Position numbers and translations under genes: made by a program. The notes under the pieces were generated by a model. It did not search any database, was not told the DNA's origin, and was given only the letters and a program-made list of their open reading frames with translations. DNA of 64,000 nucleotides from Octopus vulgaris. Taxonomy: Eukaryota. Positions 13,393-27,320 of this stretch are shown piece by piece. Every line of letters begins with the position of its first letter. The stretch's first letter is position 1. The stretch is from positions 75,206,001 to 75,270,000 of the forward strand of contig OX597821.1 of the NCBI GenBank assembly GCA_951406725.2, written 5' to 3'.

Positions 13393-13976
13393 TACATCTA
13401 TATCCAATTATATCCTAAATATATTGTGTGATAAGAGAGGTGGCGTGAAGACAAACATTCAATTTAAATATAGCCATTATCCTGTGCATGGACTGAGCCC
13501 TTCACTCTCAATCATGCAACATGCATCAATATGCTATACATATATGTGTATATAATGGGCGGTGCCCCAGCATGGCCTCAGCCGGATGGCTGAAACAAGT
13601 AAAAGAGTAAAAGAGTATAATAAAATGAGGATTCAGATAGAATCAGGTTCTTGAAAAGGCATGCTCCAGATAGGGTTGGGTAATCTCTGTGGTACGGCCT
13701 ATGGTTGGTGAAAGTCGAAATATCAGATAGGATATTTCGGTTGTGTACACAGAGAAAAACAACCCTGTGAGTATTTAGCGCCCGAGGGGCTGGTCCAAAT
13801 CACGCGTTAATTTAAATAGCACGTTACTGGAATTCTCTAGGGTGTCCGACAAGTCGTAAATTCCCTTGGCGTATTATAATCGAATGAATAATAACATGCG
13901 AGGGATAATTGTCATCTCATTACAGAAAGAGATGCGAAACGCTGACAATTATTCATCGTATGTTATTATTCATTTA

Positions 13977-14028
<52 letters not shown>

Positions 14029-14154
14029 CATGTATGTATGTATGTATGTATGTATATACACACACGTACACATATATGCACACATACACGCACACACACA
14101 TATATATATATATGCATATATACATAGGTATATGTACATACTTAAATCTATACG

Positions 14155-14186
<32 letters not shown>

Positions 14187-14499
14187 TATGTGGGCACAGG
14201 ACGTCACGAATCGTGTACAACAAGAAATATGAAGTACGAGTACATGAAATATGAACTATTTTTTCGAACAACGAAAGACACAAATGGAAAGCTAGACAAA
14301 CAACATAAAGAACGACTCTTAATCAGTTGTTGGCTGTTTTTCTACTCTCGTATTTCGAGTATTTAACAACAATATACGCTTTCGATAAAACAGTTGCTCC
14401 CGCAAAGCAAAGCCAATAAAATTTGGGAATTTTGCGATGGATGAAAATTGGTAACACAAATAGAACAGTGAAAACAAACAGGAAAGGATGCTAAGCTTA

Positions 14500-14719
14500 A
14501 ACGAGGTTGTGGTGGCGAACCCTGCTGAACTCTTTCACCACGATTTCTCTCACTCTTTCTTGTTCCTGTTGTACCTGTATTTTAAAAGGCCAGCCTTGTC
14601 ACACTCTGTTTCACACTGAATCTCCCTGAGAACTACGTTAATGGTAACGTGTCTATGGAGTCCTAAGCCACTTGCACGTTAATTTCACGAGCAGGCTGTT
14701 CCGGTGATCAGATCAACTG

Positions 14720-14722
<3 letters not shown>
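14500..14722 (+). mobile_element. SINE 3' portion (family with cacgttaatttcacgagcaggctgttcc tail)
   Basis: The same tail recurs at about 38095-38215 (+) and about 49720-49790 (-). Confidence 0.6.
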
Positions 14723-14756
<34 letters not shown>

Positions 14757-15089
14757 TGAAAGAGTTGGTATGTGAAAGCACGTGATTGGATGTATGAAAG
14801 ACAAAATTGAGTCAAAAAATAAGAAGATTTGTGTTATATGGTTAAGGAATATATGTAAATTGTTATGTTACAAAATGTAATAAAATTTTGCGTATAGTAC
14901 TCCAAAATCAATGTTACTATACGCAAAATTTTCGAAAATTTTCCTTACATAACGATTTAAATATATTCTTTAACCATGTAACACATATAATAACTATACT
15001 TATGTGGTCGCTTTTCTCCGAAATCTACAGCCTTCGTTTGTTTTTTTTGCAAATTTATCTATGTATATATATATATATATATATATATA

Positions 15090-15297
15090 GTTAAAGTTAA
15101 TCCAAACATGAAAGCAGAAAGAGAAAACACAACAACGCGAGGACGTGGAACAAGTATAGTGTTATTGGACGCTCAGGAAAGGTAAGAAATAGGACTTAAC
15201 GTTTCGAGCGGAGCTCTTCGTCAGAAACATAGGAAAAGGAAAGATCCAAGGAAGGGAAGACGGAGGAAAAAACTCGCCAGCGATACGCACGCGGTCA
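15090..15297 (-). mobile_element. Penelope-like pLTR fragment next to (TA)n, containing a hammerhead
   Basis: Homologous to 5616-5698 and to both arms at 32945-33290; contains the hammerhead core at 15194-15228. Confidence 0.65.
15194..15228 (-). ncRNA. Minimal type-I hammerhead ribozyme
   Basis: Minus strand: gttt-CTGACGA-A-GAGC-tcc-GCTC-GAAAC-GTT-aagt. Core intact, 4-bp stem II, palindromic ACGT stem III. Confidence 0.7.
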
Positions 15298-15404
15298 CAT
15301 GGATCAAAGCAGTTTGATTCAAATTCCGTGGTACTTATCCTCAATCATCGGAAATTTGAAACTTTCAGTACCACAGAATTTGAATCAAACTCTTTTGATC
15401 CATG
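15298..15404. mobile_element. Short foldback/MITE, 38-bp inverted arms
   Basis: catggatcaaagcagtttgattcaaattccgtggtact (15298-15335) pairs with 15367-15404; the arm resembles that of 38588-38807. Confidence 0.7.
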
Positions 15405-15469
15405 CATGTAACACCCAATAAATGTGTGGTGTGCCCTTCTTTCGTTTGTCCACTCACTTGTTTATTTAT

Positions 15470-15830
15470 ACACTCTTTTATTCTTTTATTATTTTACTTG
15501 TTTCAGTCATTTGACTGCGGCCATGCTGGAGCAACGCCTTTGCCCGAACATATTGTCTGGGCTTATTCTTTCTTGGCTCTATTTTGCCGAACCGATAAGT
15601 TACGGGGACGTAAACACAACACAATCGGTTGTCAAGCGATGGTGGGAGGACAAACACAGACACACACACACACACACATCATATAAATACATATATACGA
15701 CGGCTTCTTTCAGTTTCCTTCTACCATATCACTCATAAGGCTTTGGTCATCCCGGAGCAATAGTAGAAGGCAATTTGCCATGGTGCCACGCGGTGGTACT
15801 GAACCCGGAAATATGTTTGCTAAGCAAACT
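15470..15830 (-). mobile_element. SINE family A copy
   Basis: tacttgtttcagtcatttgactgcggccatgctggagc...gtgccacgcggtggtactgaacccgg. Confidence 0.85.
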
Positions 15831-15894
15831 AATTATATATACTTGTATATATATGGTTAAAGAATATATTTAAATCGTTATGTGTGTGTGTGTG

Positions 15895-15960
<66 letters not shown>

Positions 15961-16080
15961 GGCGATGATCGACAAAACTTATCTAAAGTGGTGAACAACT
16001 GCGAGCGCAATCCAATGATTGAATGCAAGAAAAGGATATGATTTATATATATAATACATACACACATAATATATGTGAGT

Positions 16081-16159
<79 letters not shown>

Positions 16160-16602
16160 TGATGACTGCTGAGGTCAGCAGCATCATTTCTATCTGATCC
16201 TTCAAACAGATTGTCATTGTCTTGGTGACTGCAAGAGGCATATGCTTGGATTCTGACATTTTGATATTTGCCATTGTCTGACTTTTCTGTAGCCATTTAT
16301 TTGTTTCGTTGTTCCATCTTTTGTTTTATTTTGTCAAACCTATGTATTATTGTTTTTTTTTTTAGTCTTTTATATTAGTATTATGTATCGTTTATTATTT
16401 TTTTATCACAGCAAATGATTTATGAGATAGCAGAGGTGGCAAGCATCTGTAGAACTGCAACCATCTGTCAAGATTTCGTCCTCACTTGCTGTTTTTGAGA
16501 TGACTCTGATAGACCTTGCTATCAGCTTCGGTTTCCCGGCTAGAGGACATGTTTCAGTGAGCAGAGAAAAGAACAGGATAACATCGAAATTTAATAGTAC
16601 TT

Positions 16603-16865
16603 ATGATGACCTTCTTCATCTTCTTCTTCTTTTTTTTCTTCTTCTTCTTCTTCTTCTTCTTCTTCTTCTTCTCCTTCTTCTTTTTCTTCTCCTTCTCCTT
16701 CTCCTCCTCCTCATCCTTCTTGTTCTTGTTCTTTTTCTTGTTCGTGTTCTTCTTGTTCTTCTTCTTGTTCTTCTTATTCTTCTTCTTGTTCTTCTTCTTG
16801 TTCTTCTTCTTCTTCTTCTTCTTCTTCTTCTTCTTCTTCTTCTACTTCTACTACTACTTCTTCTT
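16603..16865. repeat. Compound (CTT)n microsatellite
   Basis: About 260 bp of CTT/CTC/GTT/CTA triplets; source of the poly-L and poly-F ORFs. Confidence 0.95.
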
Positions 16866-16989
16866 TGTCATTACTCTTATTATCATCGCGTGCTTTCACC
16901 GCTATATCTATATATGTAAACTGACTCCCCATAAATAAAACATAATTTTATCTTTATTCTAATTTGTAAAGGTTTATATTTTTTTTATT

Positions 16990-18145
16990 AATTGACATTT
17001 TTATGTTTCAGGTACTCTATATGGCTGTTTAATCATGCCACGTACGAAAGAAGCCTTGGAACTCTCTGGATTTCAGAGGCCGCATTGTGGATCATTCTCA
17101 AGATGGACATAGCGTAAAATCGCTGAGAACTTTGGGATCCCGCCTTCTACAGTTAATAGAATGATTGTGCAATTTACCAGAGAGGGGAATGAGTTCCCAA
17201 CATCTTTCCCAGATCAACCAGGATCTTCTGACAGGACCTTCTCTTTGTTAAGAGGTTAAGAGAGGTGTGGAGGACAATCTTCGTTGTAAGACCTCTGACA
17301 TAGCAGAACAAGTTGATGCCGGTCCCAGAACAACTGTCAGGTACCTACACAAACTTGCTTACTATGGCAGAGCAGCAAGAAGAAAGCCACTTCTTTGACC
17401 AGCCAATATCAAGTGAAGAAATAGTCGGGGCAGTGAGATGGTGGTGGGGCCACTAGCATTTTGGGGGAACTATCATATTCTCTGATGGGTCCAGGTTTGC
17501 TCTATTTTCTCACAGTGGTCAAGTGGGGGTCTGGAGACTGTGATTAAGAATTTGATGTGAAAATGTTGCAGCCAACAACGAAAAACGGCAGCTACTCTGT
17601 GATGGTCTGGGAGCAATTTGGACCTATGGTTGATCAGACCTGGTGGATTGTGGACAAAGCATAAACTCAGAGAAACGTGTCCATATTGCAGAACGGACTC
17701 CTTTCAATCTTCTTCAGTGGTGAAATGATTAAAGAATACTCTTTACTTATGGAATCTGGGGCTCCTTTTCACACGGCTAAAATAACCACAAGATTTGTTG
17801 GATGAGAATGGCATTTAAAAGATTCCCTGGCCAAGATAGTCACCAGATATGAATCCTATTGAACACCTCTGGGGCATAATGGACAGGACATTTCATAAAC
17901 AGAACAAGAAAGCATCTTCAAAACCAGATCTTTTGAGGTTATTGCATGAAACTTAGCAAGAAATTCCGCATGACAACATTCACTATCTGATCAATAACAT
18001 GCCTAATAGGGACCTTGGATTGAAAGATGCAAAGAGCATGTCTACTAAATATCAAACATTCGCATTATAACAATTAATAAATAATTTCAGTTTTAAATAA
18101 ACTTTAATGATTATAAGGGTGTCTATTTATTTTTGTCATGTGTGA
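16990..18145 (+). mobile_element. Tc1-like (DD34E) transposon pseudogene
   Basis: ATG at 17035 (MPRTKE..ELS.FQR), ARRKPLL, IFSD.SRF, VMVW, GAP.H, WP..SPDMNPIEHLW, MP.R and an STKY end. TIR-like gggtgtctatttatttttgtcatg near 18117-18140. Confidence 0.85.
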
Positions 18146-18173
18146 GTATGTATGTGTTTGTGTATATATATAT

Positions 18174-18446
18174 GGAGTGGATGTGTGGTAAGTAGCTTGA
18201 AAACTGAAAGAAGCCCGTCGTATATATGTATATATGTGAGTGTTTGTGTGTCTGTGTTTGTCCCCCCGACATCGCTTGACAACCGATGCTGGCGTGTTTA
18301 CGTCCCCTTAACTAACAGTTCGGTAAAAAAGACCGATAGAATAAGTACTAGGCTTACAAAGAATAAGTCCTGGGGTCTATTTGCTCGACTAAAGGCGGTG
18401 CTCTGCATGGCCACAGTGAAATGACTGAAACTAGTAAAAGAGTGAA
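18174..18446 (+). mobile_element. SINE family A, internally deleted
   Basis: ggagtggatgtgtggtaagtagcttg joins directly to aaactgaaagaagcccgtcg; tail actgaaactagtaaaagagt. Confidence 0.85.
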
Positions 18447-18449
18447 GTG

Positions 18450-18492
<43 letters not shown>

Positions 18493-18509
18493 TTAACTGG
18501 TCGGATATA

Positions 18510-18700
18510 TTTTCTTGTGGCGTAGCCATGCTATTTCTGTTTCCCTGTTTTCACAATTGTCATCAGGTCCCTTTGTGCTCAGATGGACTGGGATATTCTC
18601 ATCCTCACTTCGATATTCGTCATGTGTCCATATTCCCCATAATGTCTAATGTGAGCCACCTCTCTAAGCTAGTTTGATGCTCGGCCCACACACACTCATG
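18510..18700 (-). mobile_element. RTE LINE C-terminal remnant
   Basis: Minus strand H.TN.EVRMRI.Q.I....DLMTIVK..K.K.HG resembles the RTE EVR.RI...IG..EDLL..VK.RKL.WYGHV region. Confidence 0.5.
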
Positions 18701-19174
18701 TTTGTATTTGTATTTACCAGTAGAAAACCATCTCTTGGTATTGATATTTTAGTCTATTATTCCCTGCAACCTCGCAGATCGACAAGTAGAGTTTGAATAT
18801 TTAACTATCTAATATGTGGATTGTATTTAATATGATTGACCCTCCCCCACTCAAATGTGGCTCTTCAGCCCGGCTGTATGAAATTGCTGAAACCTGCAAA
18901 TGAAGATTGTTCTCAGAGATTACCGAAAATGTAGAGCTGGCGTTATTTGTGATACAATTTAGGTCCCTTTTATATATTAATCTCATATTTCTACAATAAT
19001 CCGTCATTTCAGATAAAGAGATTTAAGAGACTTCGGCCGATAAAACCAAATTACAAATACAAATGAATTAAGGAAGCCTTTCCTCACACACATACGCGCG
19101 CTTGCACACCCACTTACACACCCACAAACACTTGACAGAAAAGTTTAGGAAAGAAAATTATAGAAGAAATTGTA

Positions 19175-19547
19175 TCTCTCTATATATAAACGGCAGTTTG
19201 TCTGTGTGTGTTTCTGTGTGTCTGTCAGGTTGTACCCTCACCCTGACCACGGCTTTCAACCGATTCTGATGAAACTTGACACACACATAATCCAATGTCA
19301 TAATTCAAAACTAACGCAGCGAAAATTTTGAAAAGTTCCCCCAGTTCTGAAAAAAAATCGATAAATTCGACATGGGGTCGATAATCAGAACTGTCTAGGG
19401 GACGCAACTCCACCTTTTTAACTCTCAAAAATAAATTTACCATAATTTTTTTTTCCATTTTTTTGCTATTTTTTGGCTATAACTCTCTAAAAATGCTTTA
19501 TAGTTATTTCCCTTACAAACCCGAGCAACGCCGGGCGATACTGCTAG
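19175..19547 (+). mobile_element. Non-autonomous Helitron
   Basis: A|TC start, 3' hairpin CCCGAGCAACGCCGGG then CTAG|T end, no TSD; second copy at 61505-61882. Confidence 0.9.
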
Positions 19548-19821
19548 TTAATACATAAAAAGCTAAAGGTTAAGAATTAGATAACAGCTCCCTACAGTCT
19601 AGTTGTGATATTAAATTATAGAAATGGTATTTGCAATAATAAGGTACAGATATGATAATCTCTCAACTGGAACCAAGGTGAATTAGTAACATTAGAAAAT
19701 AAAAAATAGGGGCTCCACTAATCTGAAATCTACCGCAGAACTTATTCATTCCTAATACAAGGATGGAAAGTGTTTATGCAAATAAAACTCTAATATAAAA
19801 CAACTGTTTTATGGTTTACAC

Positions 19822-20096
19822 CAGTGATTCTCAAAGCGGGCGGTATTGCCCCCACCTCCGGGGGAGATAATGGGTTCACAAATAGGGGCGATGGGTGTAA
19901 AAACAACAGAATAATGGGTTAATTAGGTTTTTTATTTGTGAAGTACAATTGTTTTGAATTTGCTTCAGAAGGTGGTCTACATTTGTGTTGGTGATTTTGT
20001 GGCGGTGGTAGTGGCAGCGGGGTTGGGGTGCTACAAATTCGGCAAGCGGCCAGGTTGTCAAGGTAGTGGCAGCCCGAATATATTTGGGAACCACTG
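19822..20096. mobile_element. hAT (Charlie-type) MITE with 8-bp TSD
   Basis: TIRs cagtgattctcaaa / tttgggaaccactg; TSD gtttacac (19814-19821) and gtctacac (20097-20104). Confidence 0.85.
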
Positions 20097-21264
20097 GTCT
20101 ACACATTAAGTAAACTGAAGCTAAAACTTCAAAAGAAACATAGCGAATTCTTTATGGGAAAGACGCAAGCCTAGCCATGACGACTTTCTGACGGGAATCG
20201 TTAAATTTAGCAAAAATGTCCACGAATCAATCAGTTATTTAACAGCGATTCTACCCTTTTTAATTATATCTTAAGACCCACATTATTAGATCTAATATCT
20301 CAGAATTGTGAAAGATGAATATACAGTAGCACCAGAGTTGTTTCTTTAAAGGACCTGGCTTGACTTTTCTTTGAAAACCATAGGAAAAGTAGGGTGGCTA
20401 AATTGGCTATTAGTGTTTAGCTTGCACTATTTAGCAGGTGTCTACTCGAATGACAAAAACCTAGGCGTGAGTTTCTACGGATGACTAACTACATTTGTGT
20501 GATATATAAAGACTAGTCACAGCTGGCTTGAAAATTAAAATTAAAAGTATGAGTACATATGAAAAGACTGAGCTATACCCATATGAACAAATTGAATAAA
20601 CATGTTTGTCAGTACTGCTGTACTTTACCCAGAAATAACTTCTGAAATCAATTTGGTGTAAGAAAAAGTTGAGAAAAGAAATGTCAAAAGTAAGAAAAAA
20701 TATAAAGAAAAGTCAAAGCAAAATGATCAGCAAAAAGAAAAAGAAAAAAGAAATAAGCTAGGATGAAGCCAAATGGTGACCTCCGCGTAGAGGGCAGTGA
20801 TAAAAACGGGAAAAGAAAAAGAAAAAAATCTAAAAGGAAGCGCAGATGTTAAACAGTTTCATAGGAGTTGGCTTCAGTTGACTGTAGTTTTCTTGTTCGC
20901 GCAGAGTTAAGATATAAAGTTGTTACACCTTTTTTTCATTCTGTTAACACGACTGAATGCACTTGCAAAGACCATTTATCTTACAACAAAATAATAACAA
21001 CAACAACAATGAATCCTAAAAGAAAAACAGAAAAGAGATGGTATCCTTAAATGGGCGTGAAACTTTTAAGAGAGGAGAAATAAATTGTGATGTTTTTGCA
21101 TTTCCCAAGGATATTAACAATGTGGAAAAAGTAGAAGGAATCTACCGCGAATCGATTGGGGGCTTCTGATTTAAAGTAGCGACAAATTAACTCTGATCGA
21201 CTCAACTGTCGAGTATGTAGTTTGGTCAGACAGAATTTAGTTGGTTCCGTTGAATTTGCGTTAT

Positions 21265-21508
21265 CTTTTTCTTGTTTCAGTCAATACGTTTGAAGAATTG
21301 TAGTCGAGCGAATCGACCTCAGACCCTATTCATTTTTTAAGCCTTCTAATTATTCTATCGGTCATTGGACAAACCGCTAAGTAACTGGTACGTAAACACA
21401 TCTACACCAGATGCTAAGTGGTGGTGGTGGTGGTGGTGGGGCAAATACAGGCACAAAGACATACACAAATATACACATATATCTATCTGTCTATCTATCT
21501 ATCTAATA

Positions 21509-21576
<68 letters not shown>

Positions 21577-21677
21577 CTCTGTCTATCTATCTGTATATCT
21601 ACCTATATGTCTGTCTGCCTGTCTATCTGTCTATCTACCTATATGTCTGTCTGCCTGTCTATCTGTCTATCTACCTA

Positions 21678-21708
<31 letters not shown>

Positions 21709-21726
21709 GTCTATCTGTCTATCTGT

Positions 21727-21774
<48 letters not shown>

Positions 21775-21972
21775 GTATCTATCTATCTGTGTGTATATAT
21801 ATCTATATATTACTTGTTTCAGTCATTTGACTGCGGCCATGCTGGAGCACTGCTTTTAGTCGAGCAAATCGACCCCAGGACTTATTCTTTGTAAGCCTAA
21901 TACTTATTCTATCGGTCTCTTTTCTCGAACTGCTAAGTTACGGGGACGTAAATACACCCCCATCAGTTTGTC
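21265..21972 (-). mobile_element. Two SINE family A fragments around a long (TATC/TGTC)n tract
   Basis: cttgtttcagtca... starts at about 21270 and about 21810; tetranucleotide tract at 21480-21790. Confidence 0.75.
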
Positions 21973-21974
21973 AT

Positions 21975-22700
21975 AAACTGGCTTAAGAATGAACAGATGA
22001 ATATGGATATGAAGACACGGATATTATTGGCACTGCACAGAGCATTCCATTTCAAGCGTGACACTGATCAGTTGTACATTGGGGGGTGGGGTGAGCTTTG
22101 ACCAATTGTCAGGATTGTACTGAAGTAGAGGAAGACAGCTAGGATGTTATGTAACCAATGCCATGGAACCATTGTTAATGCATCTGAAGAAGTCTGGCAC
22201 CAGCAAAACTAATAATTGTGTTGAGAAAGAGATTTAAAGAGGAAAAAAGATCGAAAAAAGAAATGACACGAAAAGAAAAAATGTATGGTCCGTTTGAAAG
22301 AGAAGGCAAAGCGGGTGGTTATGGATGCGGAGAGGTGAACTGAGGATAGAAACAGAAGCACTTATATTCGCAGCGAGTATAGAAGCAATGAGGACAAGCA
22401 ATGTGACGTACAGAATTGATAAAAACCGCTGAGATTGACAAATCCAAAATGTGTGGCGGGACGGGTGAAACAGCGTTACACATTCTTAGAGAATGTTTGA
22501 AATTGGCACAAGGTGAATACAAAGGGTGGCATGACAATATGGCAAGAATGGTCCATTCGGAGATTTGTGAAAATTATGGCCTATAAAGATCAAAGAAGTA
22601 GTATAACCAAGTCTCAAAAGCAGTTAGTGAGAATGAAAATTGCAAAATCCTGTGGGATGCAATAGTTCAATATGATCTATTACCAAAGCATTGCTAATTG
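21975..22700 (+). mobile_element. R4/Dong-like RLE retrotransposon, decayed 3' fragment
   Basis: H.K.D.D.LY-type motif, a CCHC-like region (MCG..GETALHIL.EC.KLAQ.EYK..HDN) and ENEN.KILWD. Confidence 0.75.
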
Positions 22701-25408
22701 CGAAACCTGATCATCGCTCCCTCATATGAGTGACAATGAAAATACAAAATATTTTGAATAACGGTGGTAATGAAACTGAAGCCCTTGACGGTGACAGTGT
22801 TGCACTCGGCAGGCTCAGAGAAACTGGTCTGACTCTAGCCTGTTGTTATCCAGCAAGGGATCAGCACACAAGGCGTAGATGGAACAAACAATTAAACGCT
22901 GTCGTCATGGAGTGATACGACTTGAGCAACTCTGTAGATGAAAATGGCGTTCATATTAGGAGATACCGACAACTTATGTATGATCAATAGATAAAAAGAG
23001 GATTGCTTCAACACACGGAACATATATTATGTGATCAAGCTAGAGCAATAAGAAAAAATCGTCGGTTCACAGAAGTAGAGCTCGAAGCTATCAAAAGACG
23101 GGTATTGGGAAACAGCAGCATGCAATGAGGTTTCTGATAAAAGAAACCTCATAGCAGTAAACAGAAGTGAAATCTCAAAGAAACCGCAGGAAATGAACAG
23201 TGATCGTTTTCTCAATGAGAAACATATAAATGGTTTGGAATAAGACAATAAAAGTAACGGTGACATGACAGATGAGCAAAAGGCAATCTACGACAAAATA
23301 AAGGCAAAGCTGCAGGAGAATGATACCGACATTATTTGCTACCCTAAAAACGTTGTTTGGTGGAAATTGAACCAAGAAATGAAAAATGTGAATAAAATTC
23401 TGAAATACATCAGAACAAAATAACATCACAAAAACAAATAATTTGATCAAGGCAAGAAGTGTTGCTGCAGCAGAAAATATGGGTGTTGATGTCAAGAAAA
23501 AGAAATATAATGGGAGTGATAACAGAAAAGGTCCATAGTGAAAAAGAAGAATACAGGCGGCGTCAGATATGCTCTCGAAGGAAATCTCTGCGTTAGACCG
23601 AGAAGAGAAGGGGGGAGCTTAAGAGCGAACAAAAATACGGGGCACTGAACAGGAAGTTTAATACTGAAAGAAAGGGCTTGAAAATGGTAATGGATGAACT
23701 GAAACAGCGCCTCATTACAAAGAAATCAAAGATAGTTAGATACTACGAAAGAATGAATGGATACCAGCAGAATAGGTTATTCAGAGTAGATCAGAAGAGA
23801 TTCTACAAAGAAATAAATGGATAGATGAAATAAATAAATAGATGAAAAGCTGTATTGAAGTGCCGCCAGCAAAAAGTCAACCATTTGTTATTCTTGGATG
23901 ACCTAAAACTTTATGGTAAAGATGAATCCCAAGTCAGTTCCCTCATTGCTACGTTGTATACTCTCAGTGCTGATATCAGAATGGAGTTTGGACTGAAAAT
24001 TTATGGAGTGTTAGTCTTGAAAAGAGGTAAAATGAAATCTATAGACGGGCTGTCGATGCAGTTGGGGTAGGTTATGAAGCAGATAGAAGAGACAGACTAT
24101 AAGTACCTGGGGATAATGGAAATGGATAAATTGATGGAGAAAGAAATAACAGAAAACTGTAAGGTGGAGAACTTGCACAGACTGAAACTGATCCTTAAGT
24201 CGAAATTAAACAGACGGAATAAGATTGAAGCTATGAACCCCTGGGCGGTTTCGCTCCTTATATATGGAGCAGGGGTGATCGCATTGATAGGAGACGAACT
24301 AAGCAAATTAGAAAGAAAGGCAAAGTAGTTGCTGAGTAGATATGGGATACTCCACCCAAAATTTAGCACAGACAGAATGTATGTACCAGGAAAAAGAGTT
24401 GAAAGAGTACTTATTGGATGCGAACACAGCATTAGAATAGAAGAAACTACATAGCATGGTGTGTAAAAATGCCACAAAACCGCTGTTGAATTTCTGGCTT
24501 GTGTAGGATGGAAGATTGCAAGTATAAAACACTGTACAAGTACTTGAGAATTAATGAAATTGCTGAAAAGTGGATAAAGAAAAGAATGAATGGAGAATTC
24601 CATAGGGATGTTGAAGATAAAACAAAGAAAAAAGATGGCTATGGATGACTAAAGGTGATTTAAAATCGGAAACGGTGTCTTTATTCTGTGCTACCCAAGA
24701 AGAAGCATTTAACAACCAATTGCACCAAATACAGAATAGGCAACACATCAGAAATTGATAAGTGTAGAATCCGTGGACAAAATGATGAAACCGTATGGCA
24801 TATTACCAATTAATGTACCTCACTAGTCCTCAAGGAATACGAGAGGCATCATGACAATATAGCAAGAATTGTCCATCGGACACTTTGCAACGCGTATGAA
24901 CTTCACAAAGCAAAACGTGGTACGAACATAAACCGGAATGTGTCATCGAAAATGATAATGTAAAGATTCTATGGGATTTTATGATTCAGTGCGACCATGT
25001 GATACAGGATATGCAACCAAACATAGTGTTAATTGAGAAAGAAAGCAAACGATGCTGGATTATAGATATAGCATACCCAGCTGACAACAAGGTATGCGAC
25101 AAGGAAGAAAGAAAAGTCGATACACATAACAGGTTAGCATGTGAAATTAAGCAGTTGCGGTCGATGAAAAAGATAGCAGTAATACCAATAATTATCGGGG
25201 CCCTGGGAACAGTGAGTAAAATTCTTGAGAAGTACATGGAAAAAATAGGGGCTGCAATAAGGGTGGAGCACTTGCAGAAAACAGCACTGCTTGAAACCGC
25301 TCGAAGACTCCGGAAGGTGGTCGAAAAATAAGGTGAGTTAGCTTAGTTCAGTGGTAGTGAACAACTGGCACCGTAGTACATCTCGAGCGTTAGAAGCTGT
25401 GCAAAAAC
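22700..25408 (+). mobile_element. R4/Dong-like RLE retrotransposon (family 1), near full span with internal deletion, (AAT)n tail
   Basis: N-terminal RRRWNKQLN..VME, CDQARAIRKN and YQQNRLF..DQK.FYK. RT motifs KVNHLLFLDDLKLY, DIRMEFGL and YKYLGI. Zinc knuckle CR..G...ETVWHI and RHDN-like motif. RLE P.IVLI...IIDIA.P..KE..K and IPIIIGALG. Stop at 25331, short 3' UTR, then (AAT)n. Many stops. Confidence 0.92.
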
Positions 25409-25441
25409 AATAAAATAATAATAATGATAATAATAATAATG

Positions 25442-25547
<106 letters not shown>

Positions 25548-25573
25548 TAATAATAATAACAACAACAACAACA

Positions 25574-26204
<631 letters not shown>

Positions 26205-26257
26205 TAATAATAAATTACAGAAAAATTATAAATTACAGAAAAATAATAAATTACAGA

Positions 26258-26423
26258 AACATACAGAAAATTGCACTACTGGGCACTGCACACATCCTAC
26301 GTAAAACGCTTTCAATACAGTAACCATCAGAGCATCACAACAAACCACAGCACATACCCAAGGCACACAGAGCTGCGCTCGGTAGTGAAGCGAAAGCACG
26401 CTATAAAAATAAAAATAAAACTA

Positions 26424-26426
<3 letters not shown>
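26258..26426 (+). mobile_element. R4/Dong-like family 2, second very short 3' end
   Basis: Near-identical to 25899-26055 (atacagaaaattgcactactgggcactgcacacatcc...aactactg) and followed by (AAT)n. Confidence 0.9.
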
Positions 26427-26455
<29 letters not shown>

Positions 26456-26456
26456 A

Positions 26457-27320
26457 CATGAAATACGTCTCAGAAAAATGTGCCAAAGCAACCTTGAAAA
26501 GAGGAAAACTAGTCAAGAGTAGCAACATGACACTCGATGACGCAAATGAAATAAGAGAATTAGACCAAAGCCAGTCATGCAAATATTTAGGAATCAATGA
26601 ACTAGATACGACACAACTTTCACAAATGAAAGGGAAAATAAGAAAAGAACACTATCGACGATTCAGATTAGTACCGAAAACAAAGCTCAATGCTAAAAAC
26701 AAGAAAATAGGTATCAACACTCTAGCTGTCCCAGTTATAAGTTACAGCTACAATATCCTGAACTGGACACTAAATGAACTAATCAAAATAGACAGGAAAA
26801 CAAGAAAAATAATGACAGGATTTAGGATGCGTCACTCAAAATCTTATATGATATAGAAGGGATATATATATATACAACGTATCGACGGTGGTAGAGGCCT
26901 TATACAGCTAGGAAACTATTATAAAATAACCACCATAGGATTACAGAAATACCTACTTCAGAAGAAAGGAAAACTAATAAAAATTGCCACAAAACACGAA
27001 CAATAAAAACTCTTTTCAGTCTTTAAGGTAACTGACAAATACAAAAGAAATTCATAGTATCTAACAACTATTAAGAAAAAGAAAAAGTAACAAAAGCTGT
27101 AAGACAACAGAAATCCAAACTAAAACTAGATTAGCAACGGATCATGATAAAACGATGGCAAGGAAAGCTCCTTCGTGTCAAATACTGGATTAAACTACAC
27201 AGAAAAGAAATAGACAAAGTAAAATCCCGACAATAGCTGAGAAGCTCAGGGCTCAAAGCAGTAAATATTGATTGCAGCACAAGACCAAAGCCTTCCCACC
27301 AGAAGTTACTCAAAACTGTA
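26457..27320 (+). mobile_element. R4/Dong-like RT thumb-region fragment
   Basis: KCAKATLKRGK...KYLGINE...INTLAVPVISYS...WT..EL.KIDRKTRK, GGRGL and an AQDQ.L.TR motif. Confidence 0.88.

Noticed and set aside
14300-14400. Possible permuted hammerhead in the 14190-14490 repeat
   Set aside because: Core residues and stems could not be assembled convincingly.
20230-20460. Possible L1/Tx1 RT remnant
   Set aside because: Only a vague resemblance, with no intact motif.
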